From the human T2T-CHM13v2.0 reference genome, Homo sapiens: DNA of 64,000 nt. The first letter of the stretch is position 1, and each line of letters starts with the position of its first letter. The position numbers and the translations under genes were made by a program. Below are positions 12,408 through 26,565 of this stretch, in pieces. The notes beneath the pieces are model-generated. The model was not told the DNA's origin. It searched no databases and saw only the letters and a list, made by a program, of their open reading frames with translations. Location: the NCBI RefSeq assembly GCF_009914755.1, contig NC_060927.1; one strand, written 5' to 3'.

Positions 12408-15403
12408 CAAGCACAATGTTATGAAGTGATACGGCAACTACCAGAAAACTCTTAGGGAAATTGATGTTGTGCACCCTTGGGTAAGTCACTTTAATGTGTC
12501 TTTTTGTCTCATCTCTATAAACAACAAAACCACACAGCTCCTGTGTTGGAGGATAGGTCTGTGTCGAAGGAGCAAGATGATATAGGAAGATGAAGAAATA
12601 AATGAAAAAGCAGCAACTCCCAAAGTCTGTTTAGACTTCATAATTGTCTCTGAGAAATCTGTTTTCAGTCTACTATATAAAATGATGATAAATGGAACCA
12701 TGTTTTTCCCATTGTATTTTAAGACAATGGCTATTGTCTGGATTTGTCTATAAAAACTTTTCAGAAATTGCTGCAATCCGTTCAACAAAGACTCCTTTCA
12801 ATTAGGATAAACTTTGGCAAAATGGCCGTCTTATGGTTTAGGAAGGAAGTTTCATATTCTTATTATCTACATTTATCAGCCTTACTTTACAAGGCACAGA
12901 AGAAATTTACTCCTGGTTGACAGAACTCCCAAGGTCTGGACTCTTGAGTTTCAATAAAACTGTCTTTTTATAAACTCACATGCAATAGTACTCTAAAAAT
13001 TCTCAATCTTGGCCATATTTTTAATATTAAAAAATTAACAATTATAACAATAACATTTTAAAATCTAAGTTAAATTTAGATGTAATACTATATGTAGCAT
13101 TGGTTACGTTAAATCAAGGGCATTATATTTGAAAAGATTCTACATATATCTAATTTGCCCTCTGATTTGGAAGATACATTTTTATTATCTTCAAGGCATA
13201 ACCTTTTGTGGAAACATTTTTGGTTTAATAAATGCCTGTTGATAAAGTTAGAAAATATTAGTAAATCTCCAGACTAATATAAATGTATAAATATATATTC
13301 ATATTTTTGTTAGAAACATAATTTGCTTTGTAAAATGCTGAAAATAAGAGACCTATTTTTTCTGATGTTTCCTATGAAGAATGTATTAAAGGTAGAATCT
13401 TAAGCCAAATATGAAATTATGAAAAATAAATTGAAAGATATATTTTTTAAGCTTGAAAATTGGATAGACAACTAAATACATGATGTCCGCATTTTCCAAT
13501 GAAGAGTTTAAGTGAATTAATTTAACAATTATTTTAGATAGCTCATTATATTTCAGTATTGTTTTAGGTGACCATTGGCAGACTCATAATTTGAACTAAT
13601 ACTTATCTCTTAATTACTTTAGTGTATTGGAATGGAAAATGCAAATTTTGTATTTCATGCTATCTCCCCAATTTGTTTGATTTTTTTCTTACTGCCTAGT
13701 TAACAGGCAGATATCCATAACTGCAACAATTTTACCAGTAATACATAATGTTTCACAAAAAGGAGAAGCCATAGTTGGGCATATGTGTGTGTATCTTTCT
13801 ATGTGTGTCTGTGTGTGTGTGTATGTATGCGGAGATACTTAGTAGAGCATCTGAAGTTCTGGCATAATTTTCTTCATTCAATAAGGCAAATAGTTATATG
13901 ATTGTAATAGAAGGTATATCCCATTTTGCAGCTCTTAAAATACTTTATAGATGCTAAGAATACCTCCCTGAAAAAAAAAAAACTTTTTGAATATTCAATC
14001 CCTTAACAATTATGTTCTTACTTATATTAAAATGAATTCCTGTATAATTTATCATGGAGGTGAAACTGGTGTGAATTTGCCGCATTGGAAGACAGCATTA
14101 ACTGAAGAATTCAGCTCTAAACAAAGACATTTTAATTTATTAAACTTCTTTCTATATATTTTTTTTTCTTAAATTGACTTTCTACTTCTGTTCAGACCAT
14201 TTTCAGTCTTCCAGCGAAGAAAAAAAAAGAGACAAAGAAAAGTAAGAGGAAGCAGGTTGAGGAAGGATAGAGAGAGAAAGAGAAAGAGATTTCATCTCTT
14301 GTAAATTGCCAAATTGCGACAATGATATAAGAAAGACACAGCTTAGATCGAACAAAGCAGAAGTCTAAAACTAAATGTCATGCTGTCAGAGTTCAGGAAA
14401 GCAAGGTATATGTTCTCCAAAGCTCAGCAGGCAGGATGAACTTTTTCCTGATTTAAGGACCATGCTGAGAGAGAAGAAGAGAGGAGTCTATTTTAGCATC
14501 TGAAAACCAATGATTTGGAGAGAAAGAGGACATGGCTGCCTAATACCAGGGAAAGCTTACAATACTTTGCAGTAACGATCATTGGCTTGACAGTCTCTCC
14601 ACTACAGACGAGGTGTAAGAAGGACAATAAAGATGAAGAGCAAACGTAGATTACTGTCTTGTAGGGTAGGTAATACAGGCAGACAAATAATGATAACATA
14701 AGGTAGACTGTTGCAAGCAATGTATACAGTGGTAGGTTTACAGAGCAGTGAAGTTATTACAGTTGTAATTTTAAGATTTAGCTTCAGGGAAGAATTAATA
14801 GGTGAGGTATGCTTTGAATGATGGGTATGATAGACATGGGTAAGGGAGAATTACAGGCCATGACCACAGTGTATGTAGATGCACAGAGGGATGATCCTAT
14901 CAGTGGCATTTGTGGAAGAGCAACTAACTGAAGTAAACCAAAATACTAACTATATTAAGAGGGTTAATGTTAAGCCTGGACTGGAAATACACCTAGACAA
15001 CATCTTATCTGAATGAATAAAGAATCTGCATTTTATTAAATTGAAAGAGAGATCACAGGTTTATTTATTTATTATTATTATATTAATTATTTTTAATATG
15101 GCAAGTGTTTTGAGATTTTATGATGAGAAATATGCTTTACAAAAAAAGCCTTTCGTAGCAGTGAGGAATAACTGAAATAGATAGTAAGTGGAGGCAGCAA
15201 TATCAATTAGAAGATTTTTAAGGATATGAATGTCAAATTGTAAGATGCCTAACCAGCAACGGGGTGAATAGAAGTAAGAGATAATGAAATGACAAATAAT
15301 TAGAATTTATCTGTTTATTGAAGTAGGAACAGAAAAAGTTACTCATCAGATGCCAACAGTAAGTTTCAAAGAAAAGAAATAGAAAAACAATGAGATGAAG
15401 CAA

Positions 15404-15684
15404 TTTTTTTTTTTTGAGATGGAGTCTCACTCTGTTGCCAGGCTGGAAGGATCTCGGCTCTCTGCAACCTCCACCTCCCGGGTTCAAGTAATTCTCCTGC
15501 CTCAGCCTCCTGCATAGCTGGGACTACAGGCATGCACCACCACGCCCAGCTAATTTTTGTACTTTTAGTAGAGACAGGGTTTCACCATGTTGGCCAGGAT
15601 GGTCTCGATCTCCTGACCTCGTGATCCACCCGCCTTGGCCTCCCAAAGTGCTGGGATTACAGGCGTGAGTCACTGTGCCCGGCT
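15404..15684 (-). mobile_element. AluSc-like
   Basis: CTGTTGCCAGGC and CCTCGTGATCC diagnostics; small internal deletion; TSD GAGATGAAGCAATTTTT / GAGACAAAGCAATTTTT. Confidence 0.93.
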
Positions 15685-16708
15685 GAGACAAAGCAATTTT
15701 TAAAACAAGTGGATGAATTTGGTGTTAAGTATGTTGAGTTTCAAGTGTCATAAAAGCATATGTGCAACTTACATATTAGGTATGTGAAAGGTTTAAACTG
15801 GCAAGTAGGAAAGAGTGTGAATTTGTTATCCATTAACCAAATATCCAAACCCCAATGGAAAGATTACAGAGTTCATAGGAGGTTACTGGAAGGCAATTTG
15901 TGTCAGGTTACAACACACTGCCAGTGCTTTATGCAGCCACATCACCTAGATTCTGGAAGTGTCAGTTGCCCAATCAATCAACATACATAATAGAGCTCCT
16001 CTTGAGCCCTGGCACTGTTTTACATAAGGGGATCAAACCTGATGATAGATCATGATTCCTATTATAATGCTTAGAGCACATTAGCCGGTTTATTAAAAGC
16101 AGGAGAGTGAGGAGCATGATGATGTACAAAACAAGAACTACATCCCTTGTGACCTAATAGGACAGCTACGAAGAGGGTTCTTTGATAAAAATGTAGACCA
16201 CAAATAAATGCCTACCAAGGTGTCTACACACTCTGAGAACAACTCTATGTGAGTCCCCGGTATACACAAACTATCCGGACCATTAGAAATAAATGGGGGC
16301 AGGGGTTTTTGTTCACTGACTTTCCTCTCTATTGAAATAGCTGAAGAGCAGTACTGCAACTTACTACAACAAAAGGCCATATCAAGAGGATGTAAATTTT
16401 TTGTGGAGGTTCTTCAGAGCCTTTCAGTAATCTTTCCAAGCATGCTTTCCTTTGTTTTGGGAATGAGAAGTGTAGAAGAGGTTTTTGGTGGTCCTTCTAT
16501 GCACTTTGCCATTTTATTGTATTGTTCATCATAAAGAATAATTGATCTCTTAATTTTCTAATTTTGCAAGTCTGTGTATATCCACATTTTACTTGGAAAC
16601 AACATGGGTGTGTTTCTGTGGTATATGCTGGCGGTGTCATGGACTCACCAGGCTTTAATTTTTCTTCACAATATAACATTTAGCAACATTCAGGAAGGTA
16701 TCCATGAT

Positions 16709-17436
16709 TTTGTGGGCTGAATGGTCCCTTCAAAATTCATATGTTGAAGTCCTAATATTCGGAACCTCAGAATATTACTGTGTTTGGGTATCAGGTGTTG
16801 AAAGAGATAATTAGGCTAATATAAGTCTGGTAGAGTGAGCTCTAATCCAATATTACTAGCTTCTTTATAAGAAGAGGAAACTAGTAATGTTGGATTAGGG
16901 CTCACTCTACTATTCTCAGCAAAATATCAGCAAAATATCACAAGGACAGGAAACCAAACAATGCATGTTCTCATTCATAAGTGGGAGTTGAACGATGAGA
17001 ACACATGGACACAGGGAGGGGAACATCACACACTGGGGCCTGTTGGGGGGTGGGGAGCTTGGGGAGGAATAGCATTAGGACAAATACCTAATGTAAATGA
17101 CGAGTTGATGGGTACAGCAAACCAACGTGGCACATGTACACCTATGTAACAAACCTGCACGTTGTGCACATGTACCCTAGAACTTAAAGTATAATAATAA
17201 AAAACAAAAAGAAGAGGAGATTAGGACAGAGGCAAACACAAAAGGAAGACCATGTGAAAACCCATGGAAGAAGATAGCTATCTACAAGCCAAACAGTGAG
17301 GCCAGAGAAGAAACCAATCCTGCCTAAACGTTGATCTCAAACTTCTAGCCTCGAAAATTGTAAGAAAACAAATTTCTTTGGCTTAAAACCCTCAATCTGT
17401 GGTGCTTTGTTATGGCAGACCTAGCAAACTAATACA
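16709..17436 (+). mobile_element. MLT1B-like MaLR LTR interrupted by L1
   Basis: AAAATTCATATGTTGAAGTCCTAA...TATAAGAAGAGGA | TTAGGACA...TTTGTTATGGCAGACCTAGCAAACTAATACA. Confidence 0.85.
16911..17208 (+). mobile_element. L1PA6/7-like 3' end, 5'-truncated
   Basis: CATGTTCTCATTCATAAGTGGGAG...TACCCTAGAACTTAAAGTATAATAATAAAAAA; TSD AAGAAGAGGA(A/G)A at 16869-16880 and 17209-17220. Confidence 0.93.
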
Positions 17437-19060
17437 CTCAGTAACAAAGATCTTTGAACTACCATTGCTCAATAGAATGCAAGCAATTTCATTAACACTT
17501 TTTTATTGCTTAAATAAAAGCAATTTCCACCAAAAACCTTATGGCTTTTCATTCCCCCAAAAAGGAATTCTCAGAAATTATGTTTGATTAAAATTTGTGT
17601 TAGTATTGTAAAACAGAATGCAGGATCTGGCATCCGTTTTCTAATTATCTCTGAGAAAAAATCAAAAATATAAATGAAGCAATTAGAGTCTGCTCATCAA
17701 AATAAGTGACCTTCTTCTGTTTAGCATGGGTTTTGTTGGAGGCTGGTCAAGTTAATTACACATTATTCTCTTATTCTGTAGACAAACATTTATAATATGT
17801 GGGCTTTATTGGCATATAATTGTTTAGTTTACTTTTCTTAGAATCATGTATTTCATTTAAGATACAATCTGACAAAACAAAGTATAAGTCTTATAGAAAT
17901 AACACAGTTGAAAAGAATTCATAGTTGAAGACAAGATTAGCTTTTTTTCAAGGTATAGGATAAGCATATTTGATGACACATTAGTAAGTCCTTAGCAAAA
18001 ACAATTTTTATAATGTAGGAGCACATAGTTAATTTATTGCAAAAAGATAAAACACTATTTTTGGGCAGGGATATAATTTCCAACATGGATTCAGATCTAT
18101 TATGTACCTAAAGGAATCACCTAGACTTGTCTTTTTCCTGTGAAAAAAACAACATATTCTGGGATTATAGCTGGTTCTACTTTATTTTTTTTTTTTTCTG
18201 GAAGGCAGCCAAATTTCAGTGCTTAGCAATATTTATGGCGGAATTAAATCACATTTGCTGTAGTTTAAACACCTCTCTTTTTAATGTTCCTGCTTATGCT
18301 CATTTTAAAATGTTTACCTCAAACTTAAAGACTGTATCCTGTCTAAAAAAGCTGCTGGGATATGGGGTTAGGTATTCAGAGAAATTGGGGAAATTCAGAA
18401 CATCATTATTTTAAAACTTCATCCCCTGCATTGTCACATTCTATAATTCTAGGAACAGTCTTGAATTTATCATTTTAAAAATATTTCCGCCTTAATACAT
18501 GTGTCAATGTGTAGCTAAATATTCATTTGTGTGTTCATTTGATTGAATTTTATCTTCCTTATATATATTACCAAATCATGCATATTTCTGTTTAACATTA
18601 CCCCGCACTTAACACAAGCTGGATGTGTGACAAGCACTCAATACATCTTGGTTTCTGAAAGGTACTGCAGCTTCATGAATAATGTCAGACTCTTCCTTAA
18701 TCTTAACCCCCCTCCATGAAACATATGAATGTGATTCTGTGAAATAATGAATAATATTTGAATATTGGATAATATTTTGATACTTCTGCTTCTTATTAAT
18801 AATAAATTTTCTGATTTCCATTGTCAGGCGTACTTACCAGTGTAATATTACTCTTCCCAGTCATTAAATATTTACCATATATCAGGCATGGTGCAAAGTC
18901 TTTATCATCACATGCAACTTCTGAGATATGAACTACTATAATCACAAAAAAAAAACCAACCATTCATACAAACAAATAAATAGGAAAGGCTATTGATGCT
19001 TACAAAGAATATGTAATACTTAAGAATGTATATCTAGGAAATGGGGGCATTAAGATGGTA

Positions 19061-19415
19061 TGACATGGTTTGGCTGTGTCCCCCCACCACCAAATCTCAT
19101 CTTGAATTGTAGTTACCATAATCCCCACGTCATGGGAGGCACCGGATAGGAGGTAATTGAATCATGGAGGTGCTCACCGTCCTGCTGTTCTCATGACAGT
19201 GAGTGAGTTCTCACAAGATCTGATGGTATTATGAGGGGCTTTGCCCCCTTTACTCGGCACCCATTCTCTCCATGAAGAGGTGCCTTCTGCCATGATTGTA
19301 AGTTTCCTGAGGCCTTCCCAGTTATATGGAACTGTGAGTCAATTAAACCTCTGTTCTTTGTAAATTCCCCATTCTCTGGCATTTCTTCATCGCACCATGA
19401 GAATGGACTAATATA
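19061..19415 (+). mobile_element. THE1C/D solo LTR
   Basis: TGACATGGTTTGGCTGTGTCCCC...GGACTAATATA; perfect 5-bp TSD TGGTA. Confidence 0.93.
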
Positions 19416-20603
19416 TGGTAATATATACACATCCTTGCAATCCACACCAGATTTTCATGTTGGAGTACATGGTTATTTTGAACATCCTTTCTTCTTTTTT
19501 TTTTTTTGAAAGGGTCAATTTGGAGGATATTTTAAACTACTTTATGATTCTAGCCATCTCATAAAATGTTGCAGTGATTAGGTCATTTTATCCTAGGGAA
19601 AAATTATCTACACTAATTTGGGAGAAAAAATATGTGTAAGGTATGAAATGTCTATGCGACAGAGAAGTCTTGAAAAAGAAATGAAAATTATACAAGTTAT
19701 TCTTGGCTCAATACAAAGATTCCAAGATTTGGGGGATACTGTATTCTGACATTTTTGGATTTTAAGACCCTCATTCCAACACTTCCTAGAAAATAACATC
19801 ATGTATTTACTTTGGAATTAAAATGAATTAAAATTAAATGATGCTTAGAAGTTTCTGTTGTCTCCTTGAGACACTAGGGTGCCTGAGTTCCTCAAAATCA
19901 TAATTGAGATGCATGATTTTCAATCAAAGCATTTAACAAATCTGCACATTTTTTTAATTTCACAAATTTGTGTTATGTGCCCACTATATATCAGTGACTC
20001 TTCAAGATACTCGGGATGACCATCAGCACAACACACAAGATTTGTTAGAGCCTTCACATTATAGAGCAGAGGTAAAAGAAGAGTATAATCAAGAAAACAC
20101 ACAGCAGTTAATTATGATATTAGACTTCTTAATGGGCTCACAAAAACTTAAGTTAGAAATTTGGCCTAGTGTGCTGCTCACTTAGAAATAATGGACAATT
20201 AAATGATCGCAAATTTTTCAACTTCATCAGTAAATTGAAAATAAGTTTAAATACTACCCAACATTATTTTTCAGATTAAATAAGATACTCTACTCACTCA
20301 AGGAAGAAAATTTGGATTCCTTTGGATGGATATATTAGTAAATTTCTCTACTTACTTTCTACTATTCTCGAAGGATATGCATTTTCAAATAACTAGTTGT
20401 CTAATTCAGTTCTCTCTGTAATTTTCATCATCTTGTTTCCACCCATTCATACACTCAGTCTGTAGATAGGACACCTAGCTCAACAGGTTGGCCATAGAGC
20501 TTAAATATAAAAGTTTATTTAAGCTTCAATACTGGCAAATTATATCAAAATTCAACTGGCAAAGCTAGCTCAAGACCAGAGAGGTGTCAGAAGCTAGAAG
20601 GAA

Positions 20604-21023
20604 ATCAACCTAAATGCCCATCAATGATAGACTAAGTAAAGAAAATACTGTACATAAACACCATGGAATACTATGCAGCCATAAAAAAGAACAAGATCAT
20701 GTCTTTTTCAGGGACATGGATGGAGCTGGAGGCCATTATCCTTAGCAAATTAATGCAGGAACAGAAAACCAAATACTGCCTGTTCACACTTAGAAATGGG
20801 AGCTAAGTGATGAGAACACATGGACACACAGAGGGGAACAACACACACTGGGGCCTATCAGAGGGTAAAAGGTGAGAGGAGGGAGAGAATCAGGAAAATT
20901 AATTAATGGATACTGGGCTTTATACCTGGATGATGAAATAATCTGCACAACAAATCCCCATAACACGTTTACCTTTGTAACTAAAATGCACATCCTACAC
21001 ATGTACCCCTGAACTTAATTTAA
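20604..21023 (+). mobile_element. L1PA13-16-like 3' end
   Basis: AATCAACCTAAATGCCCATCAATG...GGAATACTATGCAGCCATAAAAAAG...ACATGTACCCCTGAACTTAA; possible TSD TAGAAGGAAA/TAGAAAGAAA. Confidence 0.9.
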
Positions 21024-24000
21024 TAGAAAGAAAACTGATAGTAATGTCTACACATCGTCTGGTGCAACCCACTTTTTCAGGAAGACATTGAGGCCCAGAG
21101 AAATTAAATAATCTGTTTATATCACATAGAATTATTAAAAAGAGATAACTCGAAGTGATTCTACTTTATACGTGAATATAGCTAGCATGAGCTGAATTCC
21201 CACCAAGATTTTATTAACTATGAAAAAAGACCCAGTATTATGCTGTATTTAAAAATCAATTATAAGTCTTGTGCTATATTGAATTCACCATTTTTTTGTG
21301 ATTATGCCTTACTTCTAAAATTAGAATAGCTTATCTATTTATTTTGGTTTACAATTTGCAAAGGATCTTACATACAGTAACTAATTTGGTTCTCCCAAAC
21401 CTGCGAACTCGTTACGTGCTGTGCAACTAAACTTCTGCTGCTAGAATTCTTTATGCTATATCTAATTCCTTTTTACATATTCGAGTTGTTACTATTTATT
21501 GATCTTAAAAAAAGGAATAAACCAGACATATCCTAGAGATAATTTCCTTTTTCTAAACAGGAAATATTTATCACATAGACTTTAATTACCATCATCACAA
21601 TAGAATAATACATTCCAAAACAAAGAATTGGCATTGCACTGAAGGAACAGAAACAAAAGATTGAGAACTTACAGGGAAAACCTGGTGTTAGACATTCAGA
21701 GATGAACAATTCTAAACATAAATAATATCATGGAAACAAAATACACAGTGTAGGATTTTAATGCAAGCCGTTGAAAAATATGAATTGCTTTTCTTCCATA
21801 ATGCAGAAAGCAGATCTTCTGAGTTAAAGTGCCCATTATGCATAAAAAGAGAAACAGAAAAAGTCATGATTTAAAGGGACTGAAAGCTGCTGTTTGTATC
21901 AAGCACAATGAATCAATCCTAACCTGACCTTCACATGGAATATTTAATATCTAGCAAAGAACCTGAGGTTTGAACATCAAAATCTCATTTCAGATTACTG
22001 ATCTGTGAAATTCTAGGAGACGATAGAAAACCCCATGGAAGATAACAAATAGCCAAAAGGAAATATCAGCAAACAAACCAACAGTATATTTAATGAAGTG
22101 TAGGAAGCCATTTTTAACTGTTCTGACAGATCTGTGGAACTTTCAGTCTCGTATTTTATGAGAAAACATTAATGTAATAAAATGTAATATATTCTATCAT
22201 AGAAAACTAGTAGATGACTTAAAATAACTAAACTATGTAATAATACATCTATATATCTATAAATAGAAGTATGTTAATATATTTTTAAGGAGAAAAAATA
22301 ATATGCTCAACCATATTTTTAAAAAGCAATCTTTATGTTCCAAGGAGCAGCAAGAGGGGAAAAAAAAACTTTCAGATGATTACCATGAACTCACACTATA
22401 CCTTCAGTTACAGAAAAAGTAATTAAATTATTCTTCTCATGAAAGTTCCCTCTTTCACCTCCCCCTACACCCTAGTAAATTCACAAGACTCACTACATAA
22501 CTGAGAAGTAATTCAATTTATAATGACATCTTTTATAGAGCGATTAAGTCACTTTTTGACCTACATAAGCCAAGGAGAATGTTGCCTTGTAAGAGCCAGC
22601 ATTTACATTGAAGAAAAGTTAATAAAAATAACCTGAATTTGCCATGGAAAAAAAAAATCCCATTCTTTGTGCACATAGACTATTGTGTGATTTGTTGATA
22701 TGCCAACTTCATTATAACAGTGATTTTAAAGGTAATGTTATTGCTTAATCTATATGAAACTTAAAAGCAAAATTCAATACTGCTCTGGCAAAATTATATT
22801 GCTAAAATATCCCCAAGAAATGAACATTTTTATCCTTTTATTTCCAAAGTTTTAGGATAAAATAATGTTGGTATAACACAATTATATGTATGAATCACTC
22901 AGAACTTCTTCTGACTATTTTTGCTGATGACAACAACTGTGATTGAAAACCTTTTGTTCTCTAGACCGTTAGTCACCACTTCTATGATCCCAACACACTT
23001 ACCCCAATGTTGGGGAGCAGCACGGCCATTAGGAAAATGAACCAGAGGATGTGGGGAACACAGAGAAAGAATAGCTTTCTAGAGGAGCAGCAGGAATAAG
23101 GCAGGTTGAAGCTGAGGACCACATTCACAGAGAAAACTCAACTATTTGTTTGGAAAGCCAGGGGAAGATTACAGAGCTTAACTTTTATTTGGGGCCTCAA
23201 TTCCAAAAGGCACATTTCTCTTAGAGATCCACGTGGTGTGCGGGGGTGGAGGAGTCAAATGAATTTCTCTCATATTTTTACAGCCTGGATTGCAGTCTCT
23301 TCTTTTCAAAATACTTCTTAAAGAATGTAGATAAGGCACAATGTGATAGCACATTGGTGGACAGGATTGAACTGTTGAAAATTTCTTTTGGTCAATATCA
23401 TTTTTTTTCTTTTAAAACTTAAAACCTTTGGGCTGGACACAGTCTCTGGTTCTCTGGGGTCCAATGCATTTTTAAAATAATCTGTACTGGTCCTTGTCTA
23501 TATTAGGGTTTGAAGACTGTGAGTTTTTAATCCCTTTTGGAAAGTACTGGACAAGGAGTCAAGTGTTACAGTGTATTAACACTATAAACACTATTATCAC
23601 CAAAAAACCTTTTAACCTATTGATGTGTATGTGTCTGTGTGTGAGTGTTTATGAAACTGTAATGTTTTCCATAAAATTGTAGCTTAATGTATACATTCAG
23701 CAAATTCAAACACAGACACTAAAATGAACACATTTAAAATAAACACTTAAGTATTATGAACTACTCATTGAATTTTTATGGAATCTAAGGAAACATGCTT
23801 TTGTTCTTAAAGTACCTTTGCTGTCTATCAAAAGAATTTCAACATTTAGAACATTTTACAAATATGGAATCACATATTTTACTGCATTTTCCCATTTTAG
23901 AGAAATGTTTCTGTGTAATTCAAATGAATGATTGGACACAATTATACTATTTTTTTTTTCTTGAGTGTTTTTGGTTGCAAAAGAGGTTGGCTCTACTAAA

Positions 24001-25329
24001 TGTAAAATTCTCCGAGCCTTGTTTGCTGATTTCCCCTTCCAAACACAGCCTGGAGAGGAGTGGCTTCATGGCTCATGGCAGCATGCATGCAGTCAACACA
24101 AGCGGCTGAAAAATAGCCCAAACCAGTGCTCATGCATTATGAAAGCCAGCAGAGCTTCCTGCACTGTTGAACAATGCTCACTGTCCTCCACCAATGAATC
24201 CAGTCCTCGGGCATTCTGAATGTTCGCCAATGCTCTGTGTTGCCTGCACATGGCAGATATAATTGCCAAAATGAATGAAGAATTTCCTATTCTTACTAGG
24301 CAGTATTCCAGATAGAAGATAAGAATAGCTTGAATAGCTGAGCTGGCATGTGAAAGGAGCTCTGCTTTTCATATAACACTTATTATAAAGATGCAAATTT
24401 CCTCTCAACCACCAACAATGTTTGTGGCTGCTGAGCAGACGTTCCTTTAACTGTTAACAATTCGTATCCTTAGTGTCTTATTTTTCCATAATATCCAATG
24501 CCATTTTGAAATGATCTAACATTATCTCAGGATTCTCTCTATATATAGATTTACAAATATTCATAAATAATATTCTCAGTGTTGTACAATTTATATGTTC
24601 AAAACACTATATCCAAGTATTTGTCCTATTCAATATTGATTTGACTGAAACCTAGGTTCGTGAACGTGAATATAGTCTTTGGGTTGAAACAACATTTTTC
24701 TTGGGTAATATCCCATAAAAAGAATCATAAAATGTTCATGCAACTTTCTAGCTAGTTGGTATGTAGTCATTTTTAAAGGTATTTGGTTGATGTGTTCACA
24801 TATTCACATCTTTTGCAACTTTGCATCAGTATATTTTACTTCATGAATAAAATATATTTTACTTCATGAATAAAATATACTGGGTCATATATACTGTGCA
24901 TATATAGCCTGAAATAATTACAAAGCTTTAACAAGGAAAAGGAAGTTTCTGTCCCACACTTGACTTTCAGTCTCCAAGTTTCTTTCCTCCAGTATTAACA
25001 GATCCTTCGCTTTCCTTCTAGAAATGATCAATGCATATGAAGAAAAAAAAAGGTTTCCATACCTTAAATTTTTCACTGCAACCGCTTTTGAAACCTGGCA
25101 ATTGATGATTGAGTTGATAATGTGGTTTACTGTTAGTATAATTAAAATAATTCAAAAATAATTTTAAATAAAGATAACATAAGTTCTACTTGTCAGAAAG
25201 CTCAGTACTCCTTCCACTAGATCAAATGCTTTTAAAAATATACAGCCATACTCTCACTTCTTCATTCACAGCTCTCAATTTACCTATATTTATATTTTAA
25301 AAATGCATATTTTCACATTTTTGAAAAGG

Positions 25330-25970
25330 AAGCATATATAATTTCAAAAGAGAATAAAAAGTTATGCAGTGGAAGGTCTCCTATTCACCGCTCTTCCTCT
25401 CTACCCCAATTTTCACACAATCCTCCCTACTGCCACACTGATACACAGACTGCCATTATTTTTAGTTACTTTTTAACTTTGCCATAGTCTCTTTGTTTAT
25501 ACACAAACAAACATGGATATATATTCTGATTCCCTTTTTATTACACATAGTATATTATACATATTATTATGTAGTATTTAAAACTTTAATATGTAGAGAT
25601 CTTTCCAAAGTTGTTTCTAAAAGCTGCATGCTATTTAATTGTATGTGTATCAGAATTAATTAAATCATTGCCTATTGATGGATATGCCAGTTGTGTTTGA
25701 GTACAAACAAACAATCTTGAATATATATTAATTCACATGTATTTGAATTTATCTACAGGATAGATTTCTAGAAATGGAAATGATTGACAAAGGTTTTTGT
25801 GCATTTTTTACAAGAAAGAAAGATAATGCACTATTGCCTTCCTGTAAGGCAATACCAATTTATACTCCCGTAAGCACATGAGAGTAGGTGTTCCCCACAC
25901 TCTGGTCAAGAGGATGTGTCATCAGACAAAATGTGTCATTCCAATGAGTGATAAACTGCATCATAGTGTA
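25330..25970 (-). mobile_element. Ancient L1M (ME/MC-like) fragment
   Basis: GCTGCATGCTATTTAATTGTATG, CCTATTGATGGATAT, GGATAGATTTCTAGAAATGG and ACCAATTTATACTCCC are typical of antisense old L1 3' regions. Confidence 0.65.
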
Positions 25971-26029
25971 TTACCCTCTCTTTTTACCATACCATAAGAC
26001 TCTTTCTGTTGAATTCTTTCCCTTAGTGT

Positions 26030-26565
26030 AAAAATCATGCGCAGTCATTCCTCACCTTAAACAAAAGAAAATATTTTCCTAACCTCCTTTCGATTACTGG
26101 TTATCACTCGTTCTCATTTTTATTGACTTCCTCACATCCTGTCACTCCTGGGTTCATTTCAATTTGACTAGTACTCCATTATGCCATAGTTAATGCTTCA
26201 AGTTACCAATAACTGAATTTCCAGCGAGTGCTTCTTGTCCGTATCTAACTTGATCTTTCTGGAACAGTCGACACTGACCATCACTCTCTCCCTGCAGAAA
26301 TTTCCTTGCCGGTGGCCTTTGGGTGTGAGGAGAACTTATTTTTCCTTATTGTTCTCTAAACTCTTGGCTGGCTCTGCATCAATCTCTCTGCTAGGCTCCT
26401 TTCAGCCTATTAACCTTTAAATATTAGTAGGTCCTAGGATTTATTCTTGGTTCTTTTCTTATTTTAACATTCTTTCTGGTCCACCTCCTTCATATCTGTG
26501 ACTTTCAAAGTACTAATGTAATAGCACTAAATGGCTCCTAAATCTTTATCTGCAGCCCAGATCAT
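26030..26565 (+). mobile_element. L2 internal fragment
   Basis: TCAAGTTACCAATAAC, TTGATCTTTCTG, GACACTGACCATCACTCTCTCC and AAATCTTTATCTGCAGCCCAGA. Confidence 0.6.

Noticed and set aside
14190-14411. Possible + strand exon downstream of the LTR12C donor (TTTTCAG...CAAG|GTATAT)
   Set aside because: Weak donor and ambiguous acceptors; not supportable without RNA data.
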